Below are positions 31,431 through 37,813 of a stretch of DNA of 37,813 nucleotides, in pieces. A program made the translations under genes and the position numbers. Position 1 is the stretch's first letter; each line of letters starts with the position of its first letter. The notes beneath the pieces were generated by a model. That model was not told where the DNA came from. It searched no databases and was given only the letters and a program-made list of their open reading frames with translations. This DNA comes from a virus, in IMG/VR virus record IMGVR_UViG_3300017814_000003, positions 1-37,813 of that record. One strand, 5' to 3'.

Positions 31431-33469
31431 TCCTTTGTATAGTAGTCAGATATGAACCCGTCGGCCGACAGGATCAGTCCCGGGGCCCAGTCCACCGGTT
31501 CGCTCATAGCTTCGACCATTCTGTGGTACATTCCTTCCGGATCCTCTCCCGCATATTCACAGATGATCTCATCGTGAACATGCGCCACTATTGATCCGAA
31601 GTCTTTGACCCGGTTGATCGCCAGCTGCAGGCAGTCTCTCGCCGTAGCCTGCGTGATGTTCTCCGTCAGCAACCCTCCGTACAGGCTCCGTTGTACCCAC
31701 TGATGGTTTTCCAGAGACATGTAGTGGACCGCTTCCTCGTTCCGGTCGTTCAGCTTCATCTGAGGATCCGGATAGAACAGTTTTCGTCCGGACGGCAGCT
31801 GCACCGTCAGGTAGGCAAGTCCGTATACCGGATCCTGTTCGCATCTGAACGTACACCAGTGCGTCATGGCCTCCGTCTTGGTCCTTACTGCATACATGGC
31901 AGCATTGTTATAGTCTTTCCACATCGATACGATGTGCGGTGATGCCTCTCTCCATGCCAGGACTATGCCCGGAAGCTCCTCTTCAGTCAGCCCTTTGTCA
32001 AGTGCACCCATTCTGATCATCGCTCCGGTCCATCCCTGGTATCCGAGTGCAAGTTCTGCGACTTTGCCTTTCTGTCTCAGCTCCCCATTGACCCCGTGCT
32101 TTTCCACCGGGACGTGGAACATCTGGGATGCAGATGCGCAGTATATGTCTTTCCCGTCTTTGAATGCCTGCTGTCTCCAGGTCTCCTGTGCAAGCCATGC
32201 GATGACTCTTGCTTCGATGGCGGAGAAGTCTGCTACTACGATCTTTCCGCTTACCGGGACATCCATCAGTTCACCATCGTGAAAGGCAAGCCAAGGTTCA
32301 GGTATGAACGCTGTTCTTATAAGCTGACTCAGCGTATCCGATACGGATCCGTAGATGAGCTCTATGCTGTCTTTGTCCTTTTTTTTGACCAGTCCTCTCG
32401 CAAGGTCGAGCATCTCTGCTGACATCGATACCCTCGGCAGGTTCTGTACCTGCACGAGCCGGCCGGCCCATCTGCCTGTACGATTCCCGCCGTAGAACTG
32501 CAGCAGTCCTCTGACTCTGCTGTCACCGCATTCCGCTGCCTTCATGGCCGTGTACTTCTTGACAGAAGTCTTGGCCAGTTCCTGTTTGAGTTCGAGCACT
32601 CTGCGAACGTCCCAATCGAGATCGTCTTTTTCGAGTTCTGCTTCGACCGTTGCCTTCTGCAGGTTCGGAAGATCATGCCCCTTGAGCTCGAGCCAGCCTG
32701 CGAGCTGGAAGTTGCTGTTCGGGTTGTTCAGTTCCGTGATGTCGATCATCTCGTCTATGAGTTCATCCTGGAGTGCCTCGTGGATCTCCAGAGCGCCGTC
32801 TACCAGCTGATCATCTACCATGAAGCCTCTGCTGTTGATCTCAAGGTCTGTCACCCAGTCTTCCTGCACATCTTCGGGCACAGGAAAAGCAGCCAGTCTA
32901 TGGTAGATGGCCATCTCCGCTTCTACGTCCTGTCTGTTATACGATTTGAATTGCTCCCACTTTTCCGCCGATGGAGTATCATCGAATCTCCTGTTCCGTG
33001 TTCTTCCGCCATTTCGCTTTGTCGGCTTGCATGGCTTGCAGAAGTAGTTGATCAGGAGCGTTCCTGTCGAGCTCTTCAGCTGTTCTTCCGACAGGTCAAG
33101 GGCCTTGCCTGTCATTTTCAGTCCGGCCGGATAGCCCAGGTACATGGCATGCAGCATCGTGCAGTGCCACTGTTTTGCCCACTTGATTGCTGCTGTAGGA
33201 ACGAGCTTCATCCATCCGACTGAGAGACACCACCACTCAAACGCTGCATTATATGCGTGTTTGATCACGTCAGGATCCAACAGAGCGTCAGTGATCTCTT
33301 TCGGTATGGCCTCACCTGACGCCAGATCTACAACCTTCGCCGGGCCGAAGTCCACGCTGTATCCGAACAGCAGTATCTCAAAGTCCGGAGACAGGGCGTA
33401 CTTGTACGCCCCTCCGGATTTGATATCTACTGATGAATATGTTTCGATGTCTATGCTGAGATGCTTCAT
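31427..33469 (-). CDS. Family A DNA polymerase with an N-terminal 3'-5' exonuclease domain
   Basis: Exo I is SIDIETYS. Pol motifs are ADFSAIEARV (motif A), KGKVAELALGYQG (motif B) and HVHDEI (motif C). Confidence 0.9.
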   Translation of the reverse strand: MKHLSIDIETYSSVDIKSGGAYKYALSPDFEILLFGYSVDFGPAKVVDLASGEAIPKEITDALLDPDVIKHAYNAAFEWWCLSVGWMKLVPTAAIKWAKQWHCTMLHAMYLGYPAGLKMTGKALDLSEEQLKSSTGTLLINYFCKPCKPTKRNGGRTRNRRFDDTPSAEKWEQFKSYNRQDVEAEMAIYHRLAAFPVPEDVQEDWVTDLEINSRGFMVDDQLVDGALEIHEALQDELIDEMIDITELNNPNSNFQLAGWLELKGHDLPNLQKATVEAELEKDDLDWDVRRVLELKQELAKTSVKKYTAMKAAECGDSRVRGLLQFYGGNRTGRWAGRLVQVQNLPRVSMSAEMLDLARGLVKKKDKDSIELIYGSVSDTLSQLIRTAFIPEPWLAFHDGELMDVPVSGKIVVADFSAIEARVIAWLAQETWRQQAFKDGKDIYCASASQMFHVPVEKHGVNGELRQKGKVAELALGYQGWTGAMIRMGALDKGLTEEELPGIVLAWREASPHIVSMWKDYNNAAMYAVRTKTEAMTHWCTFRCEQDPVYGLAYLTVQLPSGRKLFYPDPQMKLNDRNEEAVHYMSLENHQWVQRSLYGGLLTENITQATARDCLQLAINRVKDFGSIVAHVHDEIICEYAGEDPEGMYHRMVEAMSEPVDWAPGLILSADGFISDYYTKE

Positions 33470-33471
33470 GT

Positions 33472-34053
33472 CTACATCCAGCTAGTGTCTGTGTTATCGT
33501 TTGTCTGCGCCTGCGGAGCGCCGAAAGCGTCTGCCGCTCTCGTCCTGTTGGCCAGAGGCTCTCCGTCTTTGACTTTCTGTACAGGGCCGAGACCGCAGCC
33601 TATGCCCTTCTTCTTACCTCCGAATGCATACGGGAAGAAGCTTACGCATACTCTCGCGAACATCCCGCTGTATACTTCTGTTTCGTTTATTATGGGGTTT
33701 CCTGCAGTATCGACGATCTCGACAGGCTGCTTGCTGCTTGCCGTAAATACCCAGCATCCTTTACATTCCGGACCGAACGCTTCACCGTCAGAGGGCCTTA
33801 CTCCGTCTCCGTCATATACGGGTATAGGCATCTTGGCAGGCTTCTGTCCGCCCCATGTCTTTGATACCCCCTGCTTGGTAGCTTCTGCTATGGCAGCGTC
33901 GATACGCTGCTTTGTCGCTGTGTCTGTTTTCGGCAGCAGTATGGTCGTGCTGTATTTTGCCTCCTGTCCTTCCTGGAATGCGTATGCCTGGAACAGATGT
34001 ACGAATGACAGTCTGGCCTGTCCCGTTACTAATTCGTTTGCTTTAAGTGCCAT
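33472..34053 (-). CDS. DUF2815-family protein (phage SSB-like)
   Basis: The N-terminus TGQARLSFVHLF and the C-terminal FFPYAFGGKKKGIGCGL pattern fit. Synteny with DUF2800 and PolA supports the call. Confidence 0.75.
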   Translation of the reverse strand: MALKANELVTGQARLSFVHLFQAYAFQEGQEAKYSTTILLPKTDTATKQRIDAAIAEATKQGVSKTWGGQKPAKMPIPVYDGDGVRPSDGEAFGPECKGCWVFTASSKQPVEIVDTAGNPIINETEVYSGMFARVCVSFFPYAFGGKKKGIGCGLGPVQKVKDGEPLANRTRAADAFGAPQAQTNDNTDTSWM

Positions 34054-35201
34054 TATTTTTCCTCGCTTTCTGCGAAGGCTTCCTTCGCTGTTGGTTTGTT
34101 CGTTATCGCCGGGCGTTTATCTTTTTCAGCTGCAAGCGCCGGCTTCCCTGCAGGTTTGACCACATAGGACTCCATGTCTTTGAACTTGTCCTTCCCGATT
34201 GCCTTTTCAAGTGCCGCCACCGTGACTGGCTTCTTGACGTACAGTTTCGTGTTCGGGATCTTGAGCTCCTTGTGCGCATACTCGAAGGCCTTGTCTTCGT
34301 CTGTCCATGCTCTGAGGCTCCTTCCCTCGACTGCTTTCCATCCGGGGATCTTCACCCCGTCAAGGCACTGGCTGAGTGCGTACTCTTTGAGGTCGTTCGC
34401 CCAGGCCACTACATCGGCAGACCGCGTCAGGTATTCTCCTATCTCGTCAGGCGCAAGGATCGCGGGGTCCTTCTTGGTCGCCGGCTCTATGTCCATATTG
34501 AACGCTGCCCTCTGTCTGCATGCGCCTTTTGCCCTGCAGAAACGGCAGTGATCACCTGCAGCGAAGTTTCCCTTGCCTTCGATCGCCAGCTGAGCTGTCG
34601 GACGGACCGTATTCTCTGCCCATGAGAGCAGGTCAGCTATATCTATCTCCGAAGTCTCGATGTTGTCGATCCTTGGCTGCACTATCGACATGCTGATGGT
34701 CTTGACAGGGTACAGCAGCCCGTATGCTTCATAGGCTCCCAGAGCGTACAGCATCATCTGAGGGTTGTTCTCCGGTGACACCGCCACGCCCTTCCCGTAT
34801 TTGAAATCGATGATATGCAGGTCGCTGCCTCCGATGATGATGCAGTCTCCAGTGCCGAAGCCTCCAGGCACCCACTGTGAGAAGTCCAGATGTTTCTCTA
34901 CGGCCAGGAACGGATCCGAGTCGAAGCTCATGTATACCTTGGACACGAAGTCCAGGTACTGATCCGTATATCCGTCCATCTCCGGCTGATACAGTTCGTG
35001 CTTCTTTAATTCCGGGATAGCGACGCTTACGCTTTTACCGAGGAACTTATGACTGACCTTCAGCTCACAGAACTCATGCGCAAGGGAGCCCTCCCTGGCA
35101 TACTCGGATGTACTGTCCGGATACTTCTGTTCGAGCTTCGCAGACGGAGGGCAGGCCAGCCACCTGGCTGCTCCCGATGCTGATAACAGTGCGTGACTCA
35201 T
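34053..35201 (-). CDS. DUF2800-family PD-(D/E)xK (Cas4-like) nuclease
   Basis: The N-terminus SHALLSASGAARWLACPPS, the IIDFKYGKG core and the Cys cluster CRFCRAKGAC all fit the family. Confidence 0.8.
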   Translation of the reverse strand: MSHALLSASGAARWLACPPSAKLEQKYPDSTSEYAREGSLAHEFCELKVSHKFLGKSVSVAIPELKKHELYQPEMDGYTDQYLDFVSKVYMSFDSDPFLAVEKHLDFSQWVPGGFGTGDCIIIGGSDLHIIDFKYGKGVAVSPENNPQMMLYALGAYEAYGLLYPVKTISMSIVQPRIDNIETSEIDIADLLSWAENTVRPTAQLAIEGKGNFAAGDHCRFCRAKGACRQRAAFNMDIEPATKKDPAILAPDEIGEYLTRSADVVAWANDLKEYALSQCLDGVKIPGWKAVEGRSLRAWTDEDKAFEYAHKELKIPNTKLYVKKPVTVAALEKAIGKDKFKDMESYVVKPAGKPALAAEKDKRPAITNKPTAKEAFAESEEK

Positions 35202-35566
35202 ATCTTCGCCCCCAGTCCTCTCAGCTTCGCCGCGAACTCTCCGTATCTGTCGGTAGGCAGCTTGGACAGAACCTGTACCCCGAAGCTCTCGAGTGCCTTC
35301 AGAAGATCTTCCTTCTTGTTTGCCTCTACAATCTGAGTGCCGGCCTTGGCCAGCTGCTCCATGGTGAACGCAGGCGTGGATGTCGGAACGGTCGCCGGTT
35401 CAGGATCCGGCTCGCATACTGCAGGTTCCGGTGTTCCGGTTACCGGCGTCGGTGTTTCGGCTTCGTCAGGACCTCCGCATGAGCACATCCTGATCAGATC
35501 TGCGAGCGGCCCTTCACCTACTATTTTTTTCGCTTCTTCTTCTGTGAATTTAAGATTGAGTTCCAT
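35198..35566 (-). CDS. Hypothetical protein with a Pro/Thr/Glu-rich linker
   Basis: The ORF is coupled to the DUF2800 gene (ATGA-type overlap). Confidence 0.55.
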   Translation of the reverse strand: MELNLKFTEEEAKKIVGEGPLADLIRMCSCGGPDEAETPTPVTGTPEPAVCEPDPEPATVPTSTPAFTMEQLAKAGTQIVEANKKEDLLKALESFGVQVLSKLPTDRYGEFAAKLRGLGAKI

Positions 35567-35583
35567 AGTTACCTCCTGTGTAT

Positions 35584-35697
35584 TTACTTAACTGTTTTAG
35601 ATTTCTTTCGGCTTTCGCCTGCGTAATACGACGTGTATGCACTCATAAATTTTTCTTTTATGTCGTGCTCCATTACTGGGGTGATGTTACCGTTCAT
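35584..35697 (-). CDS. Possible small protein (37 aa)
   Basis: Translated by hand as MNGNITPVMEHDIKEKFMSAYTSYYAGESRKKSKTVK. RBS GGAAGGAGAG lies just upstream. It is below the ORF-track cut-off. Confidence 0.35.
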   Translation of the reverse strand: MNGNITPVMEHDIKEKFMSAYTSYYAGESRKKSKTVK

Positions 35698-35860
35698 CTG
35701 CTCTCCTTCCCAGCAGCTTAACTGCTGACCAGATCACTGCTGCTATGAACAGCACGTCTTCTCCCCCGAACGCTGCATACGTCCTGGACATGTTCCCGAT
35801 CACGAGGATCACGACAGCCGCGATCATGACCGGCAGTATCTGTGCTATCTTCTTTTTCAT
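35687..35860 (-). CDS. Possible small membrane protein (57 aa, two hydrophobic segments)
   Basis: Translated by hand as MKKKIAQILPVMIAAVVILVIGN...LFIAAVIWSAVKLLGRRADER. RBS GAGGTG lies 5 nt upstream. Confidence 0.45.
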   Translation of the reverse strand: MKKKIAQILPVMIAAVVILVIGNMSRTYAAFGGEDVLFIAAVIWSAVKLLGRRADER

Positions 35861-35879
35861 GCTTACACCTCGATTCTTA

Positions 35880-35888
35880 TGCTATAAT
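35880..35888 (+). promoter_or_regulatory. Extended -10 promoter element (TGcTATAAT) for the plus-strand membrane-protein gene
   Basis: TG at 35880..35881 and TATAAT at 35883..35888, 22 nt before ATG 35911. The -35 element (TGCTTA) is weak. Confidence 0.45.
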
Positions 35889-35910
35889 TGTTTGAAAGGA
35901 TGTATTTTTT

Positions 35911-36204
35911 ATGAGTATTCTTATTACTGTGCTACCAGCTGCGATTACGGCTTTTGCTACAATAATTTCTGTTGTGTATGTCCATTCATCTGAGACCGAC
36001 AAACAGAAGCTTATTAACGCATGCCTTTATACTCCTGTAAGTATTTATCTTTATATAGCTACATTTAGTTGGAGTAATGGCCATCCTATTTTTAGGGAAT
36101 ACGGTCAGGGAAAATACGGTTTAATAGTGATGATCGAATGGGTTTTACCTGCAGTCATTTACTTTTTCGTGTTAAGAATATTGCGAGAAAGATTAGCGAA
36201 GTAG
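35911..36204 (+). CDS. Opposite-strand membrane protein (97 aa, about 3 TM), a moron candidate
   Basis: This is the only credible plus-strand ORF inside the minus-strand block. It is visibly more AT-rich than its flanks and has hydrophobic segments ILITVLPAAITAFATIISVVYV, VSIYLYIATF and LIVMIEWVLPAVIYFFVL. Confidence 0.6.
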   Translation: MSILITVLPAAITAFATIISVVYVHSSETDKQKLINACLYTPVSIYLYIATFSWSNGHPIFREYGQGKYGLIVMIEWVLPAVIYFFVLRILRERLAK

Positions 36205-36250
36205 CTGCCCATATATTTCCGATTACTATCTCCATACCTATACTCATCTT

Positions 36251-36850
36251 TCATCCTTTCTCGATCTTCTCGATCGTTCCTCCGAAGCCCGGAATCCACG
36301 ATACGGATCCCTGGACTTTCGCTTCCTGCTTCAGATACGGCTCGTCCACTATGAACTCGATCACGGAACCATCTTTGCCTGTCCGTGTATCCCATGTATC
36401 TGCATCGGCTTTCTGATCTCCGACTATTAATGGGATCCTCACTCCGGTGCTCATCGTCATGACGTATCTGGTTCCGACGGTGTTATCGAAGTATGATCCA
36501 AGTGCCACGCAATATCTGTCTCCCACCTTCCTCAGGCCGTTGCTGTCTGTTGTCGCCTGCAGGTTCGTCAGCCGGTAGTTCGGACTGCTCGTGTCTGATA
36601 TGCAGCTGTAATGCTCGTAGCTGAGCTGACATCCTCCGACTGCCGTACTGGCTGTCCTTAACTTCCTGATCTGCTTCTCCAGCTTTCTGATCTCCGTCTT
36701 CTGCTGCTGCACCTGCAGCGTCAGGTCGTGGTTGTCACGTACAAGTGACTCGTTCTCTTTTTTCAGCGTGTTTACGCTTGCCAGCAGTACCAGCACTATG
36801 ATGAACAGCACCACTGTGCAGAACAGTCCCGCGCTATCATGCCTATGCAT
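36251..36850 (-). CDS. Membrane-anchored coiled-coil protein with an unassigned C-terminal beta-rich domain (3D/DPBB-like, tentative)
   Basis: RBS AAAGGAGAG present. The TM segment is LFCTVVLFIIVLVLLA, followed by a heptad-like region (LQVQQQKTEIRKLEKQIRKL) and a C-terminal domain of about 120 aa. Confidence 0.6.
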   Translation of the reverse strand: MHRHDSAGLFCTVVLFIIVLVLLASVNTLKKENESLVRDNHDLTLQVQQQKTEIRKLEKQIRKLRTASTAVGGCQLSYEHYSCISDTSSPNYRLTNLQATTDSNGLRKVGDRYCVALGSYFDNTVGTRYVMTMSTGVRIPLIVGDQKADADTWDTRTGKDGSVIEFIVDEPYLKQEAKVQGSVSWIPGFGGTIEKIEKG

Positions 36851-36877
36851 AGATCTCTCCTTTCGGTTCGACCTTCT

Positions 36878-37057
36878 TTACTGAACACACTCTTTTTCTT
36901 TTTCTTCGATGAACTCCTGCACTTTGTCCGTCCGAAACAGGATCCGTCTGCCGATAGCAAACGACGGAAGGTCTCCCGTGTGGGACAGCTTCAGGACCGT
37001 AGTCTTGCTTACACGCAGGAACGCGGCCACTTCATTGACAGTCATCACTTCTACCAT
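36878..37057 (-). CDS. Excisionase-type / MerR-like HTH_17 DNA-binding protein
   Basis: RBS GGAAGGAGG lies 8 nt before ATG 37057. MTVNEVAAFLRVSKTTVLKLSHTGDLPSFAIGRRILFR is the excisionase-family HTH. The ORF-track start at 37135 has no RBS. Confidence 0.7.
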   Translation of the reverse strand: MVEVMTVNEVAAFLRVSKTTVLKLSHTGDLPSFAIGRRILFRTDKVQEFIEEKEKECVQ

Positions 37058-37221
37058 TTCTTTTTCCTCCTTCCTGTCAGGCTTATCCGGCGGGGATAGA
37101 TCCGCCGGCGCCCTGTTGAAACCCGGACCGGTCATCGGTCCGAGGGCGGAGCCGGTTGATGTTTATATTCGATAAAAGGAGAAGATACTTGCAAGAAGCA
37201 CCGGCTCCACCCTCCGGCCGA

Positions 37222-37422
37222 CTAACGATCTGCAAAGTCATTCGGGTTCTTGTTAATAAAATGACAGATAGCTATGAGCTCATCCGCTCGTAGGTCTCTG
37301 TCGCTGTTTGCACTTAGGCTCCGCTGGATCGGCTGATACGGAAGCCCGGTCTCTGAAGTCATCTTGACTACGCTGATTCCTTTATCGCGCACATATTGTG
37401 CTACATTCTTAGTTACCGACAC
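37222..37422 (-). CDS. Cro-like XRE-family HTH regulator (first gene of the early lytic operon)
   Basis: GTG start with RBS AGGAGG 8 nt upstream. It is divergent from the CI-like repressor gene. Confidence 0.7.
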   Translation of the reverse strand: MSVTKNVAQYVRDKGISVVKMTSETGLPYQPIQRSLSANSDRDLRADELIAICHFINKNPNDFADR

Positions 37423-37437
37423 TATATGTTCCTCCTG

Positions 37438-37515
37438 TTCTTAGTCTTTAAGAATTATTTACAGTATAGGCTTCGTATCTAAGAATGTCAACGAATTTTT
37501 CTTTGTTTTTAAGAA
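37438..37515. promoter_or_regulatory. Operator set of the genetic switch: TTCTTA-N5-TAAGAA palindromes
   Basis: O1 at 37438..37454 has perfect 6-bp arms. O3 at 37499..37515 matches 11 of 12 arm positions. A TAAGAA half-site at 37480..37485 lies within the early promoter spacer. Confidence 0.5.
37463..37491 (-). promoter_or_regulatory. Early lytic promoter (TTGACA-17 nt-TATACT on the minus strand)
   Basis: The -35 element is the reverse complement of 37486..37491. The -10 element is the reverse complement of 37463..37468. The spacer is exactly 17 nt. Confidence 0.6.
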
Positions 37516-37522
37516 ATATTTA

Positions 37523-37550
37523 TTGCTTTACGCCAAAATGGTGGTAGAAT
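37523..37550 (+). promoter_or_regulatory. Repressor (lysogenic) promoter: TTGCTT-16 nt-TGgTAGAAT
   Basis: The -35 element is at 37523..37528 and the extended -10 at 37542..37550, 24 nt upstream of ATG 37575. Confidence 0.5.
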
Positions 37551-37574
37551 GAATGTACTCGGAGGTTATAAGTT

Positions 37575-37813
37575 ATGAAAAACGACTACAATATTCCAGC
37601 AATACTTAAGCAGATGAGGAAGTCATCCGGATTAAAGGCTAAGGATGTGGTATCCAGGCTGGCAGCGCTCGGCTTCGTGATATCTGATAAAATTCTGTAT
37701 GGGGAAACTACAGATCCAGGAATCAATACCATGTACGCCATAGCAAAAGCACTCAACTGCAAAGTTGATGATTTTATCACGGATGAAAATGAAGTCCAGA
37801 CTATAGCTGCGCA
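37575..37813 (+). CDS. XRE/CI-like phage repressor, 5' part (runs off the window end and continues at 128..215; 108 aa in total)
   Basis: RBS GGAGG lies 9 nt upstream. The HTH is LKQMRKSSGLKAKDVVSRLAALGFVISDKILYGE. It is divergent from the cro-like gene and followed by the ImmA-like gene. Confidence 0.85.
   Translation, partial: MKNDYNIPAILKQMRKSSGLKAKDVVSRLAALGFVISDKILYGETTDPGINTMYAIAKALNCKVDDFITDENEVQTIAA
37687..37813. repeat. Terminal direct repeat, copy 2 (identical to 1..127)
   Basis: Same comparison as copy 1. The length of 127 nt is typical of a de Bruijn assembler overlap on a circular contig. Confidence 0.95.

Larger units (their letters stand above)
1..37813. mobile_element. Complete temperate siphovirus-like phage genome, circular assembly (unique length 37686 bp)
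   Basis: All modules are present: lysogeny, replication, packaging, head, tail and lysis. The window ends are identical over 127 bp, and a gene reads continuously across the junction. Confidence 0.9.

Noticed and set aside
37586-37780. Minus-strand ORF antisense to the repressor gene.
   Set aside because: It lies fully inside the CI-like HTH gene, which has an RBS, a promoter and a clear HTH. The antisense ORF has no start signals.

Overview
The window is a complete temperate siphovirus-type phage genome, assembled as a circle. Bases 1..127 are identical to 37687..37813, so the unique length is 37686 bp. The junction cuts through an XRE/CI-like repressor gene, which reads continuously from 37575 across the junction to 215. 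Gene content and RBS style point to a Firmicutes (Clostridia-like) host.

Plus strand: a lysogeny module (CI-like repressor, ImmA-like protein, lipoprotein, tyrosine integrase). It is followed by an attP region carrying a 23-nt tRNA 3'-end fragment, then a two-gene cargo cassette with its own promoter.

Minus strand, 37422 down to 3946:
- Early region: Cro-like and Xis-like regulators.
- Replication module: DUF2800 nuclease, DUF2815 SSB-like protein, family A DNA polymerase, VirE/primase-helicase, iteron-type origin, VRR-NUC, SNF2 helicase.
- Accessory genes: DUF4406, HNH, Lar, and several Cys-rich small proteins.
- A sigma-like late regulator.
- Packaging and head: TerS/TerL, portal, SPP1 gp7-like protein, Prp-like protease, scaffold, major capsid protein.
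- Connector and tail: connector proteins, major tail protein, G/GT chaperones with a -1 frameshift, tape measure, Dit, Tal, fibre proteins.
- Lysis cassette.

Most interesting points:
(a) an insulated cargo operon of unknown function next to attP;
(b) a phage-encoded Prp-like cysteine protease, with L27-type cleavage motifs on scaffold, capsid and also the major tail protein;
(c) a dense iteron array that marks the origin;
(d) a G10 tract inside the receptor-binding fibre gene;
(e) an opposite-strand membrane-protein moron inside the early operon.

All functional calls rest on motif recognition by eye and on synteny. No database search was run.
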